Source: Podarcis erhardii
Lineage: Eukaryota
DNA: 64,000 nt
Direction: 5' to 3' (one strand)
Assembly: GCA_964252035.1 (NCBI GenBank)
Contig: OZ176208.1
The notes below the pieces were generated by a model that saw only the letters and a program-made list of their open reading frames with translations, did no database searches and was not told where the DNA came from. Position 1 is the first letter of the stretch. Each line of letters starts with the position of its first letter. Shown here piece by piece: positions 1 through 12,600 of this stretch. A program made the translations under genes and the position numbers.

Positions 1-162
1 TATTTGACTGTGTACTTCCTAAGACTGCTAGAAAACACATGGTGTGTGGGTTTTTTTTTTATTTCTGAGAACTCTTGTACACAACAAAAGGGTAAGGAAA
101 AGAGTAAAAAATAAATAAATTTAGTAATATGTTTATTTGTTCTTTTGTTTCTCAAAACTCAG

Positions 163-651
163 CTTGGAAACCAGAAAGTAACTGCCAATGTGATGGAGGT
201 AAATGCTTCACAGACACACAGACAAACTTCAGCAGAAGCTTCGCCACTGCCTCCTTCACCACCTCCTTCATTGGTATCGATTAACAGACCCTCTCTCTCA
301 CCCGACAGTGGCACCCACCCCGTAACATCATTTATTTTGCCAACACGGGATGATTTTTGGCCGTCACGCTTGTATAGAACCCTGGCCCTTTCACGTTTTT
401 CATACGCATACCCTTTCCTAGCTCCTGACACTACTATCCACAGGACTGAAACGGCCTCTGTTATGACCGACTCAGCCATGAGTGAGTACTCCTCTCGCCC
501 GGTGAGCGAGTCCTCCACTGCCATTCTAGATGATCTCCAGAGCTGTAACTATGATACTACTGACTGTTCTGAAACACCTTCCCCAACCTTGAGCCAGATG
601 TCTGCTGTGTCAGATGCCACCACCTTAACCACCACTGCTGCCAGAGCTCAT
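163..651 (+). CDS. SORBS2: Ser/Thr/Pro-rich N-terminal exon (163 aa, phase 0-0, probably alternative)
   Basis: Pyrimidine-rich acceptor ...ctcaaaactcag|ctt and donor cat|gtaatt; 489 nt open; joins in frame to AQITVNG. Confidence 0.75.
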
Positions 652-3600
652 GTAATTATCCTTCCTCTTTCCTCCTCCCATTTTGTTCAACCAGGCTGTC
701 AAAGTGGAAAAGAGATAATCCTTGTTCTTGTCCCTTTTACTCGATGAGCATGCTGGAAATGGCCTACTCAGGTTCTATAACTTTCCTTAATGGGAAAATT
801 TCAAACTCGCTACATGTAAACGCAATCTAAATTTGCTGGTCAATAATCCCAATACTCTGGAGGAGTGATGCTTCCTGTGACAGATGTGATGGTAGCTTCC
901 TTGGATAATTAGTCAGAAGCCTGAAGTTCTCCTGAATTGCTTGCTACATAAAAAGTAGTATTTGGAATACTCTTCCCCAGGGACGTATCAGCTCTTAGAT
1001 ACATATTTATTATCCTCATTTTCCCAGGCCTTAAAAAAGCTGAACTTTATTTTATCTGCTGCACTGCTTTTTAATTATATTGTGTTTAATAATTATTGTT
1101 TTATTCTGGATTTTTAAAAATACATGACAGTATTATTTTATTTTTTAAAATTTGTAACAGTACAGATAATTAAAGTATTCATAGTTAAGGTTGAGGTATA
1201 ATAGTATTTTTTACGATACCTGTTTTAATTTTAACCTTCTATCTAGAAGTTCTGATCCATCAATTTAGAGGCATGTTGTGGAGACAGGTAGGTTTGTGCG
1301 TGGTGGTGTGGTGAACAAGAAGCACAAGTCACCTGTGTTCCTTGTTTCTCCACAACATCCTCTCACCCCATTTGGATCTTTCCTACCTAAGAAATGCACA
1401 TGCAGTCTATCGGGGAGCATGGATCCCACCGAAGTGTGAGAATTGTAGAAGTTGTCTTTTGGTTGTAATGGTGGTGCAATGAAACAGGAAGCACAAGACA
1501 CACACAGTTCATGTTGGAACAGTGCCACAGTCAAAGCAGCTCATAATAGCGAGGGAAAAGTACTTTGCACATTCTTGGAGATGCTGTCTCATTTATCTCT
1601 GCTCCTTATGTTCCAGTGCCAAGCATTGGCAGTGCAACAGACTCTTTGGGGATTTGCTCTGGAAAACTCTTGCTCAAATTAAGCCCTGAACAAATCTTGT
1701 AATGGTTATTCTTCAGTCTCACTGTGCTAAAAAGGAAGTGACACTTGGAATATAGGCAAAACTATCTTAAGATGTTAGATAAATGCACATGCAGATAGAA
1801 TGCTCAAACAGAATGCTAGTACAACTACAAACCTGTCAGAAACTACTGAGCGACCAATATGATGTATGATGTATGCCTCAAAAATGGATTTTAAGGTGTT
1901 TGATTAGTACAGCACTTAACCCAACCTTATCTTCCATTAGCAGTGATCACTGACTGCATGAGTTTGCTTCTGATTTTCGCTTTTTCTCCAACTAACATTT
2001 CCACTCTTAAGCATTCTTGTCTTCCAGGAATAAAACTATGGATATTCTGACATTCACTTGCTACAAAATGTATTGTTTCTTTTCTTTTCCAGGAATGCAT
2101 TTTCTTTATTCTTAAGTCACTTCCCTCCAACTGTTTAAATACACATGTCCTTATGTATAACTCAAAAGTCTAATACATGTGATATATACATACATCAGTT
2201 AAAATCAGCAACTTGCTTAGTTAATTTCAAATGAAGCATCCTATAGATATAGGTCACACTCTTAAAACAAGCTGGAACATGCCTAATATTTTATAGGTCA
2301 CTGTATTACAAGATAATAAAACAGTAGATTCTAAAAGACTTTTCTGAATGAAAAGCCGTTATAATCTAGTATCATGCCATAAGGGTTAACATGACAAATG
2401 TAAATGGAATCTTTGGTATACTTAACCAGAATGCTTGAACTCAGTGGGATTTTAATCCAAGTAAATGGGTACAAGGTTAGAAAGCTTGCATGACTTCAGG
2501 CATGTGACCTCCTTGCTATACGTAAGGTTACAAGTCAACCAGAAGTGCTAAGGAAAAGCAAGTTGGTGCATCACACAAAGTAAGGTTTCTTCATCTATAG
2601 CCATTGGTTTCTAAAGCTGCAATCCCCCACACACTTACACATGAGCCAAACCCCATTGATTTCTGAGTAGACATGCACTGAAAAAAAGCTTCAGTGCTAC
2701 TCATTATTCTGATTTTATAAAGCAGAATGTTAAGTGGTTTGAAAAACAGCAGCTGTGTGATCTTAATAAATCAAAGCATGCCTCAATATTGGCAGTGACT
2801 TATCCCCCCCCCCAAAAAAAAAGGCAAGATGTGTGACAAAATTCATTGCCTAGAATGTTAACCACATAACAATGGATAACTTTGGCCATGTATTATATTT
2901 TTAGAACATGCTGTGGGTTAAACTTGACCATCACATCTAGTTTGCATCCAGATTCTGGCCACAATATTTGAAGGAGATTTCAGCTCTTCTTGCTGGCATC
3001 TTTTTTCTTTGTCTTCAAGTGAATGGCAATAAGATTTAAGCACTTGGAAATGGAAGAGAAAATTGCCTTCAAGAAAAAATTGGAAGTGCAAGTTTTACTG
3101 TCTCTTTCATTTTGTACTGCTTTGACCTAGGACTTTCTTGATGCCTTCCCATAATTCCAGCATGCTGTTTTTTGTAGGGGGAATAGAGCAGGGTTGCATA
3201 GGGAACATAATCCTGAACACGGACTGTTATAGCTAAGAATCTGACAGCTGGATCTTTGCTATAGGGATAGCAATTCATTCTTCACCTTTTGTACATGGAT
3301 GGTAGGATTTGGACAGTTCTACGAATAGTTTACTGGGATGTGATTTTTGCTTTGTTTCTTTTCTACCTCTCAGGCTCAGATAACAGTGAATGGGAACTCT
3401 AGTTCAGCAACCAGTCCCATGAGCCACTTTCAAAGGCCTTTTTCCCCTTCAGGATATTCCCCACCAGTCTCACTCAATTCAAGCCTGGTTCTCCTGCAAC
3501 AGAGCAGAACAATGGGTGAGTTCCCACATAAACAAATAACATACATTTATTTTAAAAAATTAAATGGTGTACACTGAATAATGAAATGTCCCTCTGAATG

Positions 3601-6600
3601 ACATTGCTCCCTTTGTAAGCCATGAATCTGGAGGATATTTCTCTGATTTCTGCAGGGGATAAATTGTGCAACATAAAAACATTTTCTTAAGCTGTGGTGG
3701 CAGGGGGGGGTGTGTATGTGTCACTTTTATATTGCTGGCAGCAGCAGTAGAAGCATCATAGCTTTGCTGGCAGCAGAGGTGCTGATTTGGGTCCCAGCCC
3801 GTGGGTACTTAGCACTGTGTGCAGCTGTCACCTTGCTCTGTGTGCCACAGCTGCCTTCTGGTGCCGCTTCTGTGCTTCCGCAGCGGTGGCAGAGCGTGTG
3901 CATGTCCACGCCCACAGCGGGCCCCGACAGAAGCCCTGCAACGGAGGGCGAGACCCTGGCCCAGTCAGTGCCGCAGGCCAGGCACCCACAGTGAAAAGTT
4001 TGCAGGTGCCCAGGCACCCAGGGCCCCCTGGAGTTGGTGCCAGTGGCTGTCAGTGACCCAGCCACCATTTTCTTAACCCCTAAATTACCCAGAATCATTG
4101 TCATCCCAGGGCAAAAATATAGGTGCTGCCTCTTGTTATCATCTGAACAATAAGTTCCCAATAATTGAACTCATAATATAGCAGAAATAAATGTTTGCCC
4201 CTTTTAAAATAGCAGGGAAATGGAAAGGGTGGAATGAGGTGGGTCAAAAAGTAATTTGTTTCTAAAGATTCTAAAAAAATAACTAGGCACTACACAGCTG
4301 GAACCTTCTAGAAAGAAACAGAGCGTGTGGTGTGCTACAGAGTTTGAGTCCCCCTGAGCACAGAGGCCCAACTCCAATTCATCCAATATCTAGTATCATG
4401 AAACATCTTCCTAATCCTGTGTCAGTTTGCCACATTGAAAGTGCCTAGTCTGATAACGGAGGTGAAGCATGTTAATTAAATGGTTATACAGCACTGTGTT
4501 AACATTATCTTTGTAGAATCCGCAGAGACATACTCACAGCATGCTCATTCTGTTGGCGGCAGCAGTACCACCAGCACAATACCAATCTGCAGAACTTCGG
4601 AGGAAGAGAAGAAAGTCACAGTCATTAAAGCACCACATTATGCAGGGATTGGCCCAGTCGATGAATCAGGAATCCCAACTGCAATTAGAACGGTAGGAAA
4701 TGTTGAGCGAGTGTGGCTCTGTGTGTGTGAGTGCATGAACACGTCGTACAATGAATTGATTGTTGGTAATGGCTTTTTCACATTCTTCTAGGCTTATATA
4801 ATGTGTAATAGAATGTGCATAATCAGGGGACTCGTGATTATAATTCTGTGAGTAGTGGGGAAAGGGGGAGGCTGGTGGTGTATAATTGGAGAGCCTTGAC
4901 TTTTTTTTTTACTTTTCATTGTAAAGTTGTCAGAAGATCTGCCGCTTTCTCTGTGTTTTGTTTTGTTTTCCTTTCCTTTCCTTTGCTCCACCTTTCCTTC
5001 TTTTGTTTATTTTGCCTTTGAAAAGTTTCCTAAAGTTTGGTGCATTTTGTAACTTTTATCAAGATGTCCTTGTATGCCTAATCCTTCCTTGTATTCATGA
5101 GTTAAGTTATAAGATGACTGAATTAATGTACATGTACACACACACACACACACACCATTTATTTAACCATTATCACCAGGAAGCCCAGTGCAGAACTAGC
5201 TCTCCTTTGCTGAGCGGGTGGAAAAAGCTTTTGGGTCAGCTTTGACAGCTTGCCACTAGTTAGTGCTTGAGTGCTTTCAGGATGCCACACTGAAGTGTTT
5301 TGTTTTTAGCTATGCTGAAGCATTCTTTCCACGCTGCTGCCCCGGCATCCCCTTCTGGCCGGTCCAGGCGGCAGCAGTAGCAGCTGCAGCTCTTGTAGGG
5401 AAGGAACTGTTTGCCGGTCTGAAGGAGTTCTTGCTGCTGTTACTGCTGCTGCACTGGCTGAATGAAACGACTAGGAGCCAGGATGAAGGCAGCAGAGCCC
5501 TTGCAGGTGAACTCTTTGGGAGGTGCAAGGATATAGCAGCTGTGGGTATACTTTGCCGGCCAAGACCAACATACGGGGATGTGGTGTTGCCAGGAACAGA
5601 TTCAGTGGAGAGGGGAACAGGGTGGGGTGAGAGAGAGAAATGGAATTGATGGCGAAAAAGCGATAGGGAAAGATTTTGCTCTGACTAAGTGGTAAGACTG
5701 TGGCTTTTAAAAAAAATAAGGGAGGGGAGAAGCTCAATCAGTTCTTGCTTCCTTTTACTATGGTTGTGATCTAGCTAAGTCATGTAAAGTGGTTTTTTTT
5801 TATTGACTAACTCTCACTATAACAATTCTGAAGATATTTCCATCCCATTTCACAGAGGCAGATCCCTCTGTGTGTGTCTTTTTAAAAGAATCACAGACTA
5901 ATCAAATAGGATGGCTATTAGTTATATAAGAGCATGAATTAAAATCCTCCCAACTGTACTTAATGGGCCTGGCCCATTGCCAGCTATATATTTAAGCCTC
6001 CAGATTCTCTTGATCTCTTTAAGATTGGCTATGAAATTCCTCCCATTTTTGGATAGCTGTTTCTATATAAAAACATGTTTTTAGCTTGTAGAACTATTAT
6101 TGCATAAAATGTTATAAGACATGCACAATGCCGTTCTAGGCATGCTCATTCAGAAGTAAGTCCTACTGACCTCAATAGGACCTACTCCCAATTAGGCATG
6201 TATAGAATAGCAGCAACATAGTTTGCTCAGAATGTCATATAAACAAAGAGGCATGTGTTAAGTGACCACAGAAACACAAACTAGATAAGGTGGCGTGCTT
6301 AATGCTCTGCAGCATCAGACTGTTTAGAGTTACTTTTTAATTTTTACTGATTGCATATTCATCTTAAGAGCCATGCAAAACAGCACAAGTGTTTCAAATG
6401 CAATTGTATTGGATCATATAACACTGTACTTGTCCATACATCTTGCTGAGTTCAACAGGGCTTACTACTGTTGTTGCTGCTGCTGCTGTGTTCTGTAATT
6501 TAGTACAGAGAAATGTGTGCATTATCATGCACATTTTTTTAGGAGGGATGGCAAATAATCAAGTGTACACCACATTTCTGCCTGAGTTACCAATCCAGCT

Positions 6601-9600
6601 ACAGTTAGTCTGCAATTCTAGGTACATTTACCAAGGAGTACTGCTGATCTCAAATGAAGCTTACTTCTTTGTAGCTGTGCACAAGATCACACTGCCAGTC
6701 ACTGTCTCGCTTTCATTGACGCCAGCAGAGCATATTAGTTATTGTGATTAACTTAAATTTCATCTTCTGCTTGTCAATTAGAAATTAGAATGGAAATTAG
6801 ATTTGATTTTTAAAGGAAATTTTGCTAATCAATTTGGCTCTTTTATTCAGTGTAAATATGCCCTAAATCAGGCACCAGTTGTCTAGTTGATATACTTTCT
6901 CCTTTTCAAGTGGTTTGCTGAGCTTGCACCTTCGCTGGAAAATTGGTATGCTTGTTAACATTCCAGCAATGTGTCTGAATGAATCATAGAATACCAATGT
7001 GCACAGATGTCAGATGTGCCTTTAAAAAGTAGCATTGAAAGCCACCCATAATTGACAATGGTGGATCAGTTTTCTAGCTGTTCAAGTGGATATAATCGCT
7101 TCTGTCTTATCTGGATTCATCTGCAGTTCTCCTTCATCCAGCCCATAACATTTGCACAAGCACCTAACTTCAGCTCCCAAATCCAGTTTGAAAGAAAAAT
7201 AAAGCTGAGAGTGCTCAGCATATTGTTGACACTGCACTCCATATTGTCTAATGATCCCTGCCAGCAGCTGTATGTGCTTACTATAAAAAAGTATTGTAGA
7301 TAAGATAACATTTAAGTAGGGGACACTTAACAATTTGAGGATCAAATGCATTGCCCACTAGAAATAATTTGGTTGCAATCCATTAACTACTTTCAGATTC
7401 TGTAGACATTCCTTTTTTAAAAAAATGATTTACAACAGGAACACACATATACACACAATATGTTGGAAGGGATGCAAAGATCTTCCCAGCGGACTGTGTG
7501 CCTATTTGGCAGAACTCTGTACTCCAACCACAGTGGAAGATTGCTTTGAACACAATTCTCCATCAAGCTGTTCCTTTATTGACATTTAAGATTGCCATTT
7601 GTAAAATTGTTTTGCAACAGCCTCGGATTCCTACTGGAGAGTGTCCATGGCATCACTGATGGGGGGAAATGACTTTCCCAATTTTTTATTCTGCCTTTTA
7701 ATTTTGCATTGGCAGTGTATTCATTGATCTCTGTTCATTCAGTCTAAGCTGAGTACAGATTGGCATAGAGCAAGAAGCCGAGCTGTTGGGCAGTGTAGAT
7801 TGCAGCAAGGAATTAATTCCTACTCTGTGGCATCCAGGAGTGTCAACTTGAATATAATATTGGGTGAGGGGCAGGGAAGCCCCACTCTGCGTAATTGATC
7901 ACAAGTCATGGTGCACACCCCCCCCCATTTGAATGGTAAAGCCCATCAACTTTGCGGGGGGTGGGCAAATATTTTAGGGGGCCCCAAAGGGACCTCAGCC
8001 CCTAGGAATTGGCTCCTATGGTGACACAACAGAAGACATCTTGGCCAAGGGAAACTTATAAACTGGAGATGGGGCTTCCTTCTGTATATTTTAAAGGTGG
8101 CAGCTGCAGAAGATGCACTTGTGCACACTTCAGACGCAAAATGCCAACTACAAAAAAACTGATAAAAGCTATTCTTAAGAAAACCAGAATGTGGCATTTG
8201 CTCTTTATTGAAAGGACAGTATCTATTCGGATATTAAGCTTTTCCGTAGATTTCATTCTGTCCATTTGTAGGAGCATAAATATTGTAAGCTTCCTTGTCT
8301 CTGTAGTAAAGTGTGAAGTGAGAAATCTAGCTTCTTCATAAAGCAAAGCTCAGCTGCAGTAAAGGGAGGTTTCATCAGTATATTTAACATGTCTACTGTA
8401 TACTGGGCCAGTTTTTGAACAAAGATATCTTTCAGCCAAGAGTTTGGAAATGCATATTTTTGCAGCATGTAATGCCTGCCCATTTAAGAACCCTGGTCAC
8501 TTTCCAAGAGCTTACAGCAATTAAGCTCACTGTCAGCCTCTGACATAGAAAACCAAATTTTCAACCTTGAGTAACTAGTTATTCTAGGTAGATCTACAAG
8601 GCGCAGTTTAGACAACTATAGGTGCCCTATAGTGCATTACATCATTGTCATTTTTATTCTCTGTGTTAACGGTTGGTCATTGTACAATATTCCAAAGAGC
8701 TGGAGTGCTAAGTAAATTGAAAATTAAGATAAAGATATGTACATTCATGTTATACACCCAGTTTCAGATACTGAGTCATCTTAGAAAGTCTCCAATATTT
8801 TGGCTATGTAAATTTTTATGTTTCATTTCTTTAAAAAATTCCCTATCATATATGAGAATGTGTATTATGTCATTTCTTTAGTTTTTGGCCGAGGACTCAT
8901 TAAAATGTATTCCAAGTATAGTTACAGATACTCAATTATTTTAATGTAATACATGATAGTTTTCTGCATATTGAGCAAGACAGACTAGCAAACTTTGCAG
9001 CATTCAGTTAGCTGCAACGTACTAAAATAATGGGAACCAAAAATTTATGCAAGTCAATCATTTCGGACTTAGAAGCAGCTTTTGTATGTAGAGGTATTTG
9101 GAAAATATATGTAGAACACCGAATGTAAAATATTAGGATATGATGTGCAGATAATAGAGGGATACATGACTTCAGATCAAAATAGAATTGTGTTGTCTGA
9201 CATTTTATCAAGATCATAGGATTATGCATTACAGGGAAGGAATGAGTGTACAAATTTGTAATCTTTGCAGCTTGCATGCATCACTGTTTAAGGTGGCTTT
9301 GCAACTGGCTTTTGGTGTGCACCGTTTCATTTTTTTACTGGCACTACTCTGTATTTTTAGAAGTTGTGATCCTTTAGGTTGCCATGAATGACCATGCAAA
9401 AAGCGTCCTTGTGCACCAGAAATGCAGCCCAAGTTTCTCATCCACTTGTTCCCCAAAATGGGCAGTTTTGTAGCCAGCTTGCACTGTATGTTTTCTTAAA
9501 GCTGTGTCTGTAGGTGGCAGACTTGGAGATTTGCTGTTTTTTCTTGTAAATAGATCTTATTTTGCTTCATCCATGCTACTTGTACAGACAGATGATGAAT

Positions 9601-12600
9601 TTTCAGGAATAGAAAAGGTTTACTGTCAGTTGAACATAGTGGAAATTAAAAAAATATGAATGCTACTGTTAACATAATTGATGTCATTTCTTGTTGTCTT
9701 ATGATTTTTCCCCACTGACCCATTGAATATTTAAATGCTGTCACCCAATTTATGAGCAACCCAATTTCTCTTTCCAAAATAAACTTAACTTTTGCCAGGA
9801 CTTGGTATGAGTGTTTGCAAAAGGTGCTTGTTAAACACTTACTTGTAGGACTGCAGAACTCAGGTCAGCTAGAACCCCAGATATAAGGGCTCATTCAAAC
9901 CTTATCAAAATAGAAAGGTTAATGCCCTCATCCCACACGGGTCTTCCTGCAGTTTCCCCCATGGAAACTTCCACAGAAAAACCATTAATATTTGAAGTTC
10001 ATCAAAGTTACCAACATGTCCCTTAGACGCATTGACAGTGAAGGAATTCTGGCAAGTGATAAATAACACCTCACCTCTGCAGCCAGTAACATGGTGCTAA
10101 GATGGGGAGAAGCACAATGTGATGCTAAGCACTATGGAAAGATAAAGAATTGAATGCAGTATCGCCACACATGCATATATACCAATGGCAAACTAGAATG
10201 GTGTAGTGGTTAAGAGCGGTAGTCTCGTAATCTGGGGAACTGGGTTCGATTCCCCGCTCCTCCACATGCAGCTGCTGGGTGACCTTGGGCCAGTCACACT
10301 TCTCTGAAGTCTCTCAGCCCCACTTACCTCACAGAGTGTTTGTTGTGGAGGAGGAAGGGAAGGAGAATGTTAGCCGCTTTGAGACTCCTTAAAGGGAGTG
10401 AAAGGCGGGATATCAAATCCAAACTCTTCCAAACTCTTCTCTAGAATCCACTATTGTGTCCAGCTTCAACATTGGTTCTAAGCATTGCCTGTTTCCCTAC
10501 CTTTTAAGCTGATGGATTTAAGATTATTTTCTTCCATATTTTTTTCAGTGGAACAAAATAAGCTTACATCCATGCACAGCTTAGTTGTCTGCCTAGCATT
10601 TACAAGATTCCCAGGATTTGGTAATAAGAATTTTTAAAATACCCTACACTGTATCCAATTATAATGCTTTTTTTATATAAAAAAAGAGTAAATGGTGAGT
10701 ATATTGGCTGTGTCTACAAAGAGAATAAAAGATGCTTGCTGTCAATGGATTTGACTACCACTACAAAGGATCTTATCTAGAAAAGAATCGAGCTGCAAGA
10801 AGTTTTGTGTAGCTACTGGATTGTGTGTGTTTTACTTTTAACCAACAATCCATTATAATTGCTTCACGGTCAACCTTCTGATTATTTGTACGACAAAGAG
10901 GCCTTTCATTTATGTGTGAATAACTAAATCCGGTCCATCCGGATTTGTTTGACTTAAGCAGTGTTGGAATACTGTAGCTAGCTTTTCTGTTTTTTAAGTG
11001 GGCTTTTGCCCAGAGAAAATTAGAAGCCTGTTTGCACAAAGCATTGCTTGATTATGGATTGTTACAAAGGCTAAACAGAATGTAGGGCAAAGAGGAGATT
11101 CTCCACTGAGAAGAATAAATGCCTCCGTTAGCTGTGCATTTCCTCATTGATCATCACTCCACGGCATTTATTTCTTCAAGCCTCTCAAACAATACTTGCA
11201 TCTCTTCCTTTTTTTACATCGTTGCTACAGTCTGATTTTATAATTGTGGTGCTTAATTCTTTTACATCAAAGGAATATGTCCAGCAATTGAATACATTTC
11301 AGTGCAACTGAAACTGCATGCATTGGTGGATAACGCTAACTCCTAATTTAATTACTTGCCTTTGTAGTAATGATGAATCTTCATGTAGAGCATTCTCACC
11401 ATCCCTCCTTTATTTAGCCCCAATAAAAGGTGGCTTTTCCTCCATGTGCTTAGTCTGTGTGTGGAGGGATGGCAGGACTATTCCTGTTGACCACTGGAGC
11501 ACCCCACTGACCCTTCCCTCAGAACATGCATGTTCACAGCTGATGCATCCCCAGATGATCAGGGATCCCTGTAGCACCAGGCTGATAATCACATAAGCAC
11601 CAATTTTGACTTGATATATGTTGAGGTAGGAGCAGTCATCCAGTCCTGCGCTTCCCCCTACCCCTCTCTATGTAATCACATGAAATAGCACCTACAATGA
11701 CCTGTTGTGCTAGATCATTTGTACTATATTTAGCCCTTCTTGCTGAAAACAAAGGAAAGGACTAATGCTTCACAAAGACAGTTATCTATAAAGATGGGTT
11801 ATCCCCCCCCCTCCAGCTGATCCTGAAAGCACTTGAGGAACTTACTCGTTTTCCAGTTGGAACACTTGGTAAGGCTTGGTTTGGCCATTACTGTTCCCCA
11901 TTCTCCCAAGACAAGAAACCTTTCCTTGGATAAAGCAGGGGTGAGCCGAGGTGCTTTCTCAACAACCCATGGAGTAGATTACTGTTCAGAACCTGAAACA
12001 AGGATATTTGGATCCTTTCCAACCTTGTTTACACTTCTGCCAAAGGGGAAATGTAACTCTGCTAGTCCTCCTGGACCTCTTGGCAGTCATCATCCTCATC
12101 AACCATAGTCTCCTTCTCAGGTCATCTGGCCAGAGTGAGACCCGAGGATGCAGTGCTATGGTAGTGCCAGTCCTTTCCAAAGGGATGAGGACAAAAAGCA
12201 GAACTGGGGGACTTCACTCTATGGCCTTTGGCCTGCGAGGTGCCACAGGATTCCATTCAGTCCCACACTGACATGAAGCCCTGGGGAGAAATCATATGGA
12301 GGTTAGAGTTAAGTAGTCGTTGGTATGCTGATGACCTCTCATTGTAGAGAGTCTGTAGAAATCCTGAACAGAGGTTTGGAGTCAGTTTGGGGATGAATGA
12401 AGGCAAATGAGTTGAACATAAAGGTCCTGTAAATCTCCTGATCTGGATAGAGTTATATGGCTAATGCTGGATAGGATTGTACTCCCACCCACCCACCCAC
12501 CCCCTACACAACCAGGTGCACAGTTTAGAGGTTATCCTGGACTCAGCTCAAGGTTGGCTATGTTATGCTCCCAATCATTTGAGTATTCAAGCAACCCAGC

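Noticed and set aside
3710-4161. Cluster of overlapping ORFs on both strands
   Set aside because: Explained by a GC-rich repeat with few stop codons; no splice signals or recognisable domain.
8009-8483. Overlapping 76-110 aa ORFs suggesting an antisense gene
   Set aside because: No recognisable homology or convincing splice sites; lengths are within chance expectation.
10200-10265. tRNA gene (also the 14682 and 33462 heads)
   Set aside because: A and B boxes run into SINE bodies and tails; no complete cloverleaf or T-run terminator.
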